DNA of 63,368 nt, counting the filler, from Octopus bimaculoides (lineage: Eukaryota): NCBI RefSeq assembly GCF_001194135.2. It is 5 parts of 5 records of this genome, joined end to end, with 100 filler letters (N's around TTAATTAATTAA, not from the genome) between each part and the next. Parts side by side here need not be neighbours in the genome. Positions count along the whole stretch, not along the records: positions 46,376 to 61,027 come from NC_068986.1; positions 61,128 to 63,368 come from NC_068997.1; 3 more parts are not named here. One strand, written 5' to 3'. Made by a program: the position numbers and the translations under genes. Shown piece by piece: positions 51,217-63,368 of this stretch (within the stretch, counting starts at the first letter, position 1; the number at the start of each line of letters is the position of its first letter). The notes below the pieces were generated by a model. It made no database searches and was not told the DNA's origin. It worked only from the letters and a program-made list of their open reading frames with translations.

Positions 51217-51899
51217 GTCCGTCTGGCTGCCTGCCTGTCTATCTGTCTGTCAGTTTCTCTGTCCGTGCGTCTGTTTGTCTGTCTGTCTATGTATGTATGT
51301 ATGTATGTATGTATCTATCTATCTATCTATCTATCTACCTGTCTGTCTATTTATGTATCTATCTGTTGGTCTATTTGCCTATCTATTTATTTATCNNNNN
51401 NNNNNNNNNNNNNNNNNNNNNNNNNNNNNNNNNNNNNNNNNNNNNNNNNNNNNNNNNNNNNNNNNNNNNNNNNNNNNNNNNNNNNNNNNNNNNNNNNNNN
51501 NNNNNNNNNNNNNNNNNNNNNNNNNNNNNNNNNNNNNNNNNNNNNNNNNNNNNNNNNNNNNNNNNNNNNNNNNNNNNNNNNNNNNNNNNNNNNNNNNNNN
51601 NNNNNNNNNNNNNNNNNNNNNNNNNNNNNNNNNNNNNNNNNNNNNNNNNNNNNNNNNNNNNNNNNNNNNNNNNNNNNNNNNNNNNNNNNNNNNNNNNNNN
51701 NNNNNNNNNNNNNNNNNNNNNNNNNNNNNNNNNNNNNNNNNNNNNNNNNNNNNNNNNNNNNNNNNNNNNNNNNNNNNNNNAGAGAGAAACACATATATGC
51801 ATACATATAAAGTACTTTCTAAAATCACTTCTGCATCCATTGAAAGGCAAAGTCATTTAGAGTAAATATGATTTCGTGAATAAACCAACTGATATTCTT

Positions 51900-52110
51900 T
51901 TCTGCTCTAGGCACAAGGCCCGAAAGTTTGGGGGAGGGAGCCAGTCGATTAGATCGAACCCAGTACGCAACAGATACTTAAGTTATCAACTCCGAAAGGA
52001 TGAAAGGCAAAGTCGATCTCGGCGGAATTTGAACTGAGAACGTAAAGACAGACGAAATACTGTTAAGCATTTCGTCCGGCGTGCTAACGTTTCTGCCAAC
52101 TCACCGCCTT
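51900..52110 (-). mobile_element. SINE family C
   Basis: ctaggcacaaggcccgaaa...ggatgaaaggcaaagtcga...gtttctgccaactcaccgcc. Confidence 0.85.
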
Positions 52111-52969
52111 ATAAAGGAACTGATATTGACTGAAACATATACTTGTTTTTTCATCTCTATCAACTCTGGGTCTTCCGCGCCTGATTATTTAAGCGTGTAA
52201 AAGTAATGTGAGACCCCTAGCCTTTACTATCTGAAGTCCCATGACTAATTTGGGCCGGTTACCTGGTTTACTTGGCGATCTCACGGCATTCTTTTTTAAC
52301 GTGACGGCGGTTCGTTGCAAGGTTACTCATCAGCAGGTAAATAGGCTACAGCAACGTGAAAGGAATTGGTCTTCTCACAGCCTCAACAGACATCCCACTC
52401 CGGGAATCAAAACTTCAGTCTTAGACTGCGACCCTTCACTCCTTTAAGTTTGTCCTGATGCAAAAAGTCCAGCCACTTACCATGAACATTTCAGAGGTAA
52501 GCAAAAGAGACTGTGCGGACCAGAAATGACACATGTGTATTGCTGATGAAAAATTAACGTGAAGAATCATATAATATATATCAATCAGATGCATTCAGCT
52601 TGGTAGCAGAAAGTACTAACATCTTCATTGTTCATGAATTCCTTCCAGATTTAGCGTTCCTTCAAGTCATGACCAGTCAAAGACAACCACTCGCATGAGT
52701 CACTTTTTATATAGAGAAACGTCAAATGGAGAAAAAACTTCATTTATCTAACCTATAAAAAATAAAAAAAAAGGTAATCTTTATTGCTCACGTTACTGCG
52801 CCGTTATAGGGTAAGTCTGATGAATGGCAACATTGCTGTCCAACTCTTATCTATTGACGCCCTTCCATTATTTGCACTTCAAAAGTGCAACTACACAGAC
52901 GAATATATATATATATATATTTAAGAATTCAAGGAATGGAGAAAACGCATGTTATAATTGCATACTTTA

Positions 52970-53053
52970 TTCCTACATATGTTTCAAAGGATTACAACCT
53001 GTGTGATCCATAGGGATCTTTGATATTAAAATTGTAACCTTCTCATCAGGGAA
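52970..53053 (-). ncRNA. Near-canonical type I hammerhead ribozyme with extended stem II
   Basis: ttcc CTGATGA g-aagg-ttacaat [tttaatatcaaa gatcc ctat ggatc acacag] gttgtaa-t-cctt-t GAA ACATATGT A ggaa: intact core, 4-bp stem I, palindromic stem III, GUA triplet. Confidence 0.75.
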
Positions 53054-53265
53054 AGCATGGGAGTCATCTTAAACGTAAGACATTCCTTAAATTCTTAAAT
53101 ATACTCAAATACCCAAAATTTCAAGGAGTTCCTGCCTTAAAAACAGGAACTAAACCACAGTTATTTTGTGTTCTTTGCTACATTGGTTTCTATTAACCCA
53201 TTTATTCTATCAGAAGAATTTTTATTCATTAAGATAGAAGAAANNNNNNNNNNNNNNNNNNNNNN

Positions 53266-53329
<64 letters not shown>

Positions 53330-53356
53330 GTGTGTATGTATGTATATATGTATGTA

Positions 53357-54646
53357 TTGGGTCAACCCATAAATAATGCACGTTTTTATAATTTTATTTT
53401 ACAAAATTAAGATAAACAAACTGCATTTTTAATCTGAAATACACTCTCCGTCATTTTATAGAATACTCTTCCATCTTTCTGGTAGACTTGCAAGGTTCCT
53501 TTTCCAAAAGTCACTTGTCTGTGACGAAAAATACTCCTCCAGTACTGCTCTGACCTCATTTTTTCCGTCATATTTTTCCCGTTTATATGATTTTGAAGAC
53601 TTCTGAATAAATGATAATCAAATGGGGTCATATCCGGCGCATACGGTGGGTAAGGGATCGTTTCCCATTCAAACTGCTCTAGCCTTTGGAATGTCATCCT
53701 CGCTGTATGTGGCCAAATATTGTCCTGATGGAAGAATATCTTTCGTCTTGAAGCCAAAGATGATCGTTTTCCTTCTTTTCCTTCTAGCGCTGACTTAAGC
53801 CGCTCAAGCTGTTCGCAGTAGATCTCCTTTCTTATCGTTTGCTTAAGGTTTAGAAGTTCAAAGTGGACTAAACCTTTCATCCCACCAAGCAGATAACAGC
53901 ATCTTACATGTGTGAATACCTTCTTTAGCGTGGGGTACCGGTGTTTGTCCTTTCCCTACCCATTGTCTTCGGCGCTTGGCATATTTGTAGAGAGTCAATT
54001 TCTCATCGCCGGTAACTATTCGGTCTAAAAACGGTTCATTCGCGAAGCTTGACAGCAGAGAAGAGCACACATTCACTCTCTGCGCGCGATTAAACTCAGA
54101 AAGTTTGTGAGGAGACCTTTGACTCAATTTGCTGACTTTTCTGTTGGCACAGAGGTGTCGATAAATGGTTAAATGACCAAATCCAAAATTCTCTGTTCGT
54201 TCCTCAACGCTTGCGATGGGATTGTGCTCCACCAGGGTCTGAAGGACGTCCTTATCGAGCTCTATAGATCTTCCAGGACAAGGTTCGTCTTCTAGTCTGT
54301 AGTTTCCGGCTCTGAATTTCTGGAACCACCGTTGACACTGGATTACGCTTATTGTTCGATCCGCATATACTGCATTAATATTCCTTGCACTTTCCGTCGC
54401 GATGTTGCCTTTATTGAACTCATAAAGCAAAATATACCGAATTTGCTCTTTCGTCACTTCCAATGTAGCTTTGAAAAAATAGCTGTAAAATCGAACGGCA
54501 CTCTTCAAAACTTGCACTAAGAATAAGGGAAGGTATAATTACTACATACTTTTATAGCAAGTTGATGCAAGTAGTTTATCCCGACCCACACCATCCTTTA
54601 AGTCATGAAATTGAAAAAAACCCACATTATTTATGGGATGACCCAA
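53357..54646 (-). mobile_element. Near full-length 1290-bp mariner transposon (mellifera-like), inactivated
   Basis: TIRs ttgggtcaacccataaataatg and cattatttatgggatgacccaa (1 mismatch in 22) with TA on both sides; transposase about 54463-53429 with IVTGDEK, HQDN and PYAPDMTPFDYHLF; probable start changed to TTG and two frameshifts. Confidence 0.95.
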
Positions 54647-54887
54647 TATGTATCTATGTATGTGTATATATATGTATGTATGTATGTTTGTATGTGTATA
54701 TATATGTATGTATGTATGTTTGTATGTGCTTATGGGTGTATGTCTGTGTGTATGTATGGGTGTATGTATGGATGTGTGTATTTATGCGTGAGTGTGTGTG
54801 TATATTTAAATACATTATATATTATATATACATATATATTACATATATATATACATATGTATATTGCATATATATATACATACATAT

Positions 54888-54937
<50 letters not shown>

Positions 54938-55715
54938 CGATGCCTTTCTCCTCATTCTCCTGAAGTGTGTACATATATGTATAAATAAGCATCTATTTAT
55001 CTATCTTTATACATATATATATATACACACACGCACATACACACAAACACACACAACCGCATACACGTATGTTTGCATTCTTCTCTACCAATTTACCAAA
55101 TTCCTATGACAAGGCATTGATATGTAGCCAAGGTTACAGGAGAAGTTACTTGGCTTAATTTGCTGCGTAGTAGGAGCGAATCCAAGTCACGTGCCTTCAG
55201 AGTAATCTTCTTTATCACAGTCATGCTCGCGTCCACCATTATTCCCGTAATTACGGTGAATCGACATCATTTAGAAATATAGATAAAATGTTGATTACAT
55301 TTATATTAATCCATTAACAATTACCTTGGTAAATCACCTGAGTTAATTAACGCACTATACATAATGGGATTGTTCGACCAAGCTTTACATATTTCACGTA
55401 TGTATAAAATATGTTATGTAACAAAAATTCCGCAATATATCCATCTATAACTTATGTCGTTAAATTACAAATGTTCCGTCGCCATTTTGTTTGATCAACA
55501 AACGTTAATTTTGATATAATATCTAATAAAACAATAATGTTCTGTATTTATTTCATCAACTCTTCCCAGACCAGCGTTTCCAATTAATGATACACATGAA
55601 TTATGAAAGCTTTGTAGTCGTTTTTCGGAGAAATTTATTAACATTATTACACGCATAGGTCCCCCCTCTCTCTCTCCCTCTTTATATATATATATATCTT
55701 ACATGCATATGCGTA

Positions 55716-55783
<68 letters not shown>

Positions 55784-57225
55784 CACATATATATATATGT
55801 ATATATGTATGCAGGATAGGTTACATATACGTTGCACATACACATTGACTCATATATATACATTGATATATACACATAGGAATACAAGATGTGATGCAGA
55901 AATCCATATTTACACCTGTGTCTATCCCTGTCTATATATCTCTGTCTATCTATCTATCTATCGGAATTCCAATCACAGATAAACACTTTCTGGTGCCTTT
56001 CGGTCCCTCTATGTAAGGGAGGGAATGTATGTACATACATACATCACACCTATGTATATATATATGTGTTTGTGTATGTGTGTGAGTGTGTGTCTGTGTC
56101 TGTGTGTTCGGGTCTGTGTGTCCGTATCTGTGTGTACAAGCAGACACCCACCACATACATGTATACTGCGCTCTGGATCAACAAACGTGCTTATATAGCG
56201 AATGTATTTTTCACTTATTTTCACATAAAGATTTATGTTTGATAGCATATACATTTATATTTATTTACACACACACACACANNNNNNNNNNNNNNNNNNN
56301 NNNNNNNNNNNNNNNNNNNNNNNNNNNNNNNNNNNNNNNNNNNNNNNNNNNNNNNNNNNNNNNNNNNNNNNNNNNNNNNNNNNNNNNNNNNNNNNNNNNN
56401 NNNNNNNNNNNNNNNNNNNNNNNNNNNNNNNNNNNNNNNNNNNNNNNNNNNNNNNNNNNNNNNNNNNNNNNNNNNNNNNNNNNNNNNNNNNNNNNNNNNN
56501 NNNNNNNNNNNNNNNNNNNNNNNNNNNNNNNNNNNNNNNNNNNNNNNNNNNNNNNNNNNNNNNNNNNNNNNNNNNNNNNNNNNNNNNNNNNNNNNNNNNN
56601 NNNNNNNNNNNNNNNNNNNNNNNNNNNNNNNNNNNNNNNNNNNNNNNNNNNNNNNNNNNNNNNNNNNNNNNNNNNNNNNNNNNNNNNNNNNNNNNNNNNN
56701 NNNNNNNNNNNNNNNNNNNNNNNNNNNNNNNNNNNNNNNNNNNNNNNNNNNNNNNNNNNNNNNNNNNNNNNNNNNNNNNNNNNNNNNNNNNNNNNNNNNN
56801 NNNNNNNNNNNNNNNNNNNNNNNNNNNNNNNNNNNNNNNNNNNNNNNNNNNNNNNNNNNNNNNNNNNNNNNNNNNNNNNNNNNNNNNNNNNNNNNNNNNN
56901 NNNNNNNNNNNNNNNNNNNNNNNNNNNNNNNNNNNNNNNNNNNNNNNNNNNNNNNNNNNNNNNNNNNNNNNNNNNNNNNNNNNNNNNNNNNNNNNNNNNN
57001 NNNNNNNNNNNNNNNNNATGTTTAGGTTGAATCACTGAAGTTTACGAAGACCGACTGAATCTTCAGCTCAATTTTTTTTCCTTTAAAGAAATTTCTAATT
57101 TATTCATTGCCTCCACCTCCTTTCTTTCCTTTGTTTTCTCTTTCATTCGTCAAGTGCTTTGTTCTTTCGTTCATGTGTTTACTTATCGTTAGAAGCTTTA
57201 GGAAAGGAACAACACATCCTTAGAC

Positions 57226-57305
<80 letters not shown>

Positions 57306-57344
57306 CTAATAATAATAACAACAACAACAATAGTGACAACCCTC

Positions 57345-57555
57345 TCTACTATAGGCGCAAGGCGCGAGATTTTTTGTGTAGTGGCGCTAGTCGATTACAT
57401 CGACCCCAGCGCGTAATGGGTGCTTAATTCATCGACCCCGAAACGATGAAAGGCAAAGTCGACCTCGGTGGAATTTGAACTGGGAACATAGCGACAGGCG
57501 AAATACCGCTAAGCATTTCGCTCGGCGTGTTAACCATTCTGTCAGCTCACCGCAT
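57345..57555 (-). mobile_element. SINE family C, copy 1 of a tandem pair
   Basis: ctactataggcgcaagg...gatgaaaggcaaagtcgacctcgg...tctgtcagctcaccgc; (AAT)n on the left. Confidence 0.85.
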
Positions 57556-57574
57556 TAATGATAATAAAAATCTT

Positions 57575-57795
57575 TTCTACTCTCGGCACAAGGCCCGAAA
57601 TTTTTAGGGATGGTGGGGGGGGGCAGTCGATTTGATCCACCCCAGTACGCGCAACTGGTATTTAATTTATCGACCCCGAAAGGATGAAAGGCAAAGTCGA
57701 CCTCGGCGGCATTTGAACTCAGAACGTAAAGACAGACGAAATACTGCTAAGCATTTCGCCTGACCAGCTAATGTTTCTGCCAGCTCGCCGCCTTA
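57575..57795 (-). mobile_element. SINE family C, copy 2 of a tandem pair
   Basis: ctactctcggcacaaggcccgaaa...ggatgaaaggcaaagtcgacctcggc...tctgccagctcgccgcc; (AAT)n on the right. Confidence 0.85.
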
Positions 57796-57810
57796 ATAAT
57801 AATAATAATG

Positions 57811-57861
<51 letters not shown>

Positions 57862-58937
57862 GTAATAATAATAATAATAATAATGTAAGTCTTAAAGGTA
57901 ATATCCCCGGATCTAGACCGTAGAAATGTTTTCTCTCCCTTAATTGGTCTGTATCATTCTTAGGATGTTTTCATTCCTCTACAAACATTTTGCCTGTATA
58001 TTTGCAGTCTGTTTGGTTTCTTGCAGAGATCTGAAGCCCCCAACCCGCCATACCAAAAAAACAAAAACAAAAAAAAAACACAACCAACGACAATAAAAAA
58101 TGGAAAATTTTGTTTTCTTTATTTCCTTTCCATTAATCAAATTCATTTGATATTTTTTCTGCACTCTAACAAAATATATAAATGATTTAAAAAAAGTATA
58201 TCTTTAACATTTTTTTTTCTTACCCATTTTCAAATTATTTTAGACATAACTTTTTTTTTCTGTTTTGATTCTTCTTTTAACCGTATTTAAAAAAAAAAAT
58301 TAAAGAATATTATGTATGTTTTTAGACGTTTTAAACTGAATTCTAATTCCTTATCTTCATTTCTATAAACGATGTCACGTTTTTCTCTCTTGCAAAATAT
58401 TTTCGTTCATTTTATTTTGCAAACGTTTATTCTTTTCAAATACTCTAGTTAATGTTGTTTTTCCTATTATTACTGTTGTTCCCATTCAAAAATATCTTTT
58501 GGTTTATTTAGAAATAACTTTATACGGTCGCTATTTAATTTTTGTAATTCAAATCATTCATATTTTATTACTGTTTATTTAGATTTTAATTTAGTCTAAA
58601 AATTAAAATGTTCCTAAGATATCTTCTTTCTTTTCTGTTTTTCTTTACATTATTATTGTTGATAGAATATGAAATTCTTTGAATTTTGTCTTCGTTAAAG
58701 CCATATTGTTGCAGCTATTTTTGCATGGTTTCTTTACAGAGTTCAAATACATATGATGTAAATAGCATATATTCAGGAATATAAATTCGTAATACTCTTT
58801 CATAAGAAAAATCAAATTTTATTTACAATAGAGTTCCATTTAGCTATTTAACATCAAATAGTTATATAATCTATCTTCCTATCCATCTCTCTTTCTCTTT
58901 TTCTAAGTATATACATACGTGTATATACATACATACA

Positions 58938-59018
<81 letters not shown>

Positions 59019-59068
59019 ATACATATATCTGCATATACACATAGATATACATACATACACATATATGC

Positions 59069-59099
<31 letters not shown>

Positions 59100-59619
59100 T
59101 TTCTCATTTATTATATATTATATGTGAATTACAGACAAATCTATAAACAGATACGATCTGAGATAAAAGAACGGAGATTTCACCTTCTGGTAAAATGTTG
59201 TTTTTGTAATACAGAAACCGTATAACAGAGAGATATATACTGAGCAGACAACGTCTCATCATTTCGTCAACTTGTATTTCTCTCTCTCTCTCTCTCTTNN
59301 NNNNNNNNNNNNNNNNNNNNNNNNNNNNNNNNNNNNNNNNNNNNNNNNNNNNNNNNNNNNNNNNNNNNNNNNNNNNNNNNNNNNNNNNNNNNNNNNNNNN
59401 NNNNNNNNNNNNNNNNNNNNNNNNNNNNNNNNNNNNNNNNNNNNNNNNNNNNNNNNNNNNNNNNNNNNNNNNNNNNNNNNNNNNNNNCTCTCTTCGTGCA
59501 GGTATGATTATGCATCTTTAAGAACACACCCACCCACCCACCCACACACATACACGTGTGTGTATACCTATATAGATGTGCGTAGGCTCATATATTTGTG
59601 TGCGTGCATGCTTTATATA

Positions 59620-59910
59620 TGCATCGGGCTCACAATCATGAAGTAGTGAGTTCGGTCTCCGGACCGGGCTGTGTGTTGTGTTCTAGAGCAAGACACTTTA
59701 TTTCGCGTTGCTCCAGTTCACTCAGCTGGAGAAATGAGTTGCGATGTCACTGGTGTCAAGCTGTATCGGTCTTTGCCTTTCCCTTGGCTAATATCGGTGG
59801 TGTGGAGAGATGCATGGGCAACTACTGGTCTTCCATAAACAACCTTGCCCGGCCTTGTGCATCAGAAGTGAAGTTTCTAGGTGCAATCCCATGGTTATTC
59901 ATGACCGAAG
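59620..59910 (+). mobile_element. tRNA-derived SINE sharing the family B central domain
   Basis: gagcaagacactttatttcgcgttgctccagttcactcagctgg...aatgagt follows a tRNA-like head. Confidence 0.7.
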
Positions 59911-59939
59911 GGGTCTTTTGCCTTATATATATATATAAA

Positions 59940-60242
59940 GGAGCATTCCTTCGATTACGACGACGCGGGTCCCAGCTGATACGATCAACCGTGCAGAATG
60001 CTCGTGACATTAACGTGCTAGAGGCCGAGCATACCACAGACACGTGTGTACCCTTAGCGTGACACTAACTTTTATAAGGCTGGCCCTTTGAAATACAGGT
60101 ACTACTCATTTTTGCCAGCCGAGTGGACTCGAGCAACGTGAAATGAAGTGTCTTGCTCAAGAACGTAACCAGTCGCCGGAAATTGAAATCACGGCTTTAC
60201 GATCGTGATCCGAATGCCCTAACCACTAAGCCACGCGCCTTC
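59940..60242 (-). mobile_element. SINE family B
   Basis: cgattacgacgacgcgg...ggccctttgaaatacaggtac...gtcttgctcaag...aaccactaagccacgcgcc. Confidence 0.85.
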
Positions 60243-60350
60243 ATTTATATATATATATATGGGAGTTTATACAAATAATAACAACAGACGAGGACAGGTG
60301 GTGTAAATAACAAAAGTATATATTAGTATGACGCTCGGGAATACGGAAAG

Positions 60351-60387
60351 TCTTTGACGTTTCGAGCTACGCTCTTCAACAGAAAGA
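60351..60387 (-). ncRNA. Minimal type I hammerhead motif (A6U variant) in a solitary pLTR-like repeat
   Basis: tcttt CTGTTGA a GAGC gta GCTC GAA ACGT C aaaga: 5-bp stem I, 4-bp stem II, palindromic ACGT, GUC triplet; the downstream ccgagcgtc..ctaata is shared with the 48.1-kb copy. Confidence 0.65.
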
Positions 60388-60468
60388 ATACGGAGACAAG
60401 GAGAAAAACACGGAGAAAAAAAATTGATATATATATATATGCGGGTATGTATGTCAATGTCTGATTTT

Positions 60469-60509
<41 letters not shown>

Positions 60510-60539
60510 CGTGCATTTGTGTGTGTTTATGTCTGTGTT

Positions 60540-60665
60540 TGCTCACCACCACTGCTTGACAACCGATGATGGTACATTTATGTCCCCGTAAATTAACCGT
60601 TCGACAAATGATTTCCAGTATGGCCGTAGTCTAATGACTAGAACAAGTAAAGAATGAAAGATAAA
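60540..60665 (+). mobile_element. SINE family A, diverged 3' fragment
   Basis: caccactgcttgacaaccgatgatgg...tttatgtccccgtaa...cagtatggccgtagtctaatgac...aacaagtaaag. Confidence 0.65.
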
Positions 60666-61027
60666 AGGTTACATTGATGATGACGAATGCATGTCCTCAG
60701 AGGAAATAATTCGTCTCGTTTACTTGTTTCCCTTATAGCCATGTCTGTTGTAATTCTTTCTATTTTTCTGGCTCTGATCGATTCTTTCAGGAATGCAAGA
60801 GAAAATCGTCAATCTGCATTGCATTATATCAATCACAGTTGAAAAGTTACCTCAGTCGTAAAATGGTGGATTGCTTCGTCGAGTGCCAGAGTCGAAAGCT
60901 GGAAATCGGCGCTCACGTGCGCACTCACATTCATTCATGTATTTAGTCATTGGAGAGAAGCCTTGGAGCCAAGATTAAGTGAAAAAAGAAAAATGTTTCT
61001 ACGTTACATTCTAAATGGATTACATCA

Positions 61028-61127
61028 NNNNNNNNNNNNNNNNNNNNNNNNNNNNNNNNNNNNNNNNNNNNTTAATTAATTAANNNNNNNNNNNNNNNNN
61101 NNNNNNNNNNNNNNNNNNNNNNNNNNN
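61028..61127. other. Artificial scaffold join (44 N + TTAATTAATTAA + 44 N)
   Basis: Same construct as at 21140. Confidence 0.95.
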
Positions 61128-61278
61128 ATATACTCGCGCAAATATATTCAGGTACTCACACACAAGCACACGCATGTATGCATATGAATGTATGTACGTA
61201 ATTATATATGTACGCATGTATCATCGCATTTATACATACACACACACACTCATACATAAATCTATATGTATATATATG

Positions 61279-61314
<36 letters not shown>

Positions 61315-62044
61315 CGGGTGTGTATACTTGTGTGTTGAATGTAGATATTACCCTGTATTATTCACGCATGCAGGTGAAGATAGTAATCCATAGCTACTTC
61401 ATAATATCTGTGTCTATGCACACCTACGCTACGGTTATAAGAAAGGTATGAACGTGACAATACCTTCCATCAACTCAATAGTACTATGTCGAAAAGGTTA
61501 ATTACACAGCGACTGGGAACGATGATTACATAACAAAGAAGTGTCAGTATAACTTGTATAGAAAATATCGATTTTGAAATGTTATATGATAACCGCGCAC
61601 CCACAATTATACACAAACACCTATATATATATATATACAACACATATACATACATATACATATATATATGTATATACACATATAAGTTATATGTGTGTGT
61701 GTGTGATTACGATACCTTATACATCAGTGACAGCTGCCAAACAGACACGATCCTACTGATGAGTTTTACGCTTCAAGTACATACACATACAGCCACAAAG
61801 CCACACGGGCACACACAGACACATCATAAAAAAACCCCCAAAAAACACTCATATCTAAATATATTATTTCTCTTGCAAAGATTACTCAAAAGCTGATATT
61901 TTAAATTTTTCAGAAAACACACACACACACACACACACATACACACACTCATGTGCGTGTGTATACATGCGTACATGCATGCATGCATACATACTTATAA
62001 ATGCATATGCTTATATATAGATAAACATACATACGCACACACAA

Positions 62045-62118
<74 letters not shown>

Positions 62119-63320
62119 NNNNNNNNNNNNNNNNNNNNNNNNNNNNNNNNNNNNNNNNNNNNNNNNNNNNNNNNNNNNNNNNNNNNNNNNNNNNNNNNNN
62201 NNNNNNNNNNNNNNNNNNNNNNNNNNNNNNNNNNNNNNNNNNNNNNNNNNNNNNNNNNNNNNNNNNNNNNNNNNNNNNNNNNNNNNNNNNNNNNNNNNNN
62301 NNNNNNNNNNNNNNNNNNNNNNNNNNNNNNNNNNNNNNNNNNNNNNNNNNNNNNNNNNNNNNNNNNNNNNNNNNNNNNNNNNNNNNNNNNNNNNNNNNNN
62401 NNNNNNNNNNNNNNNNNNNNNNNNNNNNNNNNNNNNNNNNNNNNNNNNNNNNNNNNNNNNNNNNNNNNNNNNNNNNNNNNNNNNNNNNNNNNNNNNNNNN
62501 NNNNNNNNNNNNNNNNNNNNNNNNNNNNNNNNNNNNNNNNNNNNNNNNNNNNNNNNNNNNNNNNNNNNNNNNNNNNNNNNNNNNNNNNNNNNNNNNNNNN
62601 NNNNNNNNNNNNNNNNNNNNNNNNNNNNNNNNNNNNNNNNNNNNNNNNNNNNNNNNNNNNNNNNNNNNNNNNNNNNNNNNNNNNNNNNNNNNNNNNNNNN
62701 NNNNNNNNNNNNNNNNNNNNNNNNNNNNNNNNNNNNNNNNNNNNNNNNNNNNNNNNNNNNNNNNNNNNNNNNNNNNNNNNNNNNNNNNNNNNNNNNNNNN
62801 NNNNNNNNNNNNNNNNNNNNNNATATATATATATATATATATATATGTGAAAAGAGAGAGAGGGAGATTGGTGCACATATACATACGTGGATTGCATGGC
62901 TACGAGTGCGTGTTTGTGCTTGTATATGAGGGCCTGTAGGGGAGCATGTTTAGGTGCCTGTGGCTGTGGCTGCTTCTGTGTCTGTGTAATCACTCATCCT
63001 CATCATCTGCTCGTATCGAAAAAACGAAAAACAAAAAAGTAAACACACTTCATTATTTATGAAGTCGAGGCAATTGGTTTTCAGTGTCGAGATAGCAAAC
63101 AGAAACTCTATCATGTTACGTAGTGGAACAACGTAGACGGACACTGACTTGTAGCAAGCGCTCTGAAGTCAGCTGTAGAGCCTCTATGTAGATCAGTGTG
63201 AGGTATTATCCAGCGATTGGAGGACGGACATTTCAATGTATGTATACCAATCCAGCTATCCTTTTCTTATCTATATATATCAATTGATACCATACATACA
63301 CACATACATACATACATGCA

Positions 63321-63368
<48 letters not shown>

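Noticed and set aside
52295-52340. Minus-strand ctgatgagt...acgaaccgccgtc
   Set aside because: GAAC replaces GAAA and there is no stem I
46376-57885. CRISPR-like arrays
   Set aside because: The repeats are head-to-tail with no unique spacers, and the context is eukaryotic
2705-62993. Long ORFs in the supplied track that run through N gaps or (TA)n, (TG)n, (AG)n, (TATG)n and (TAGA)n
   Set aside because: They are artefacts of stop-free microsatellites and N runs (YIYI, CVCV, SLSL, X tracts)

Overview
AT-rich, microsatellite-dense animal genomic DNA. The SINE families and repeat style suggest an octopod cephalopod; this is inferred, with no database check. The window is five pieces joined by artificial 100-bp gaps (44 N + TTAATTAATTAA + 44 N). 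No host protein-coding gene can be called with confidence, and most listed ORFs are microsatellite or N-gap artefacts. The interpretable content is decayed mobile DNA. It comprises three Tc1/mariner elements (one near full-length with TIRs, one internally deleted), two hAT transposase relics, several RTE and other LINE fragments, four Penelope-like element (PLE) fragments of different types, and about 20 SINE copies or fragments. The most striking signal is eight hammerhead-ribozyme (HHR)-like motifs from several unrelated sequence families. Some are nearly canonical (6169-6213, 52970-53053, 60351-60387), some lie downstream of PLE ORFs, and some are built into inverted duplications or hairpins.
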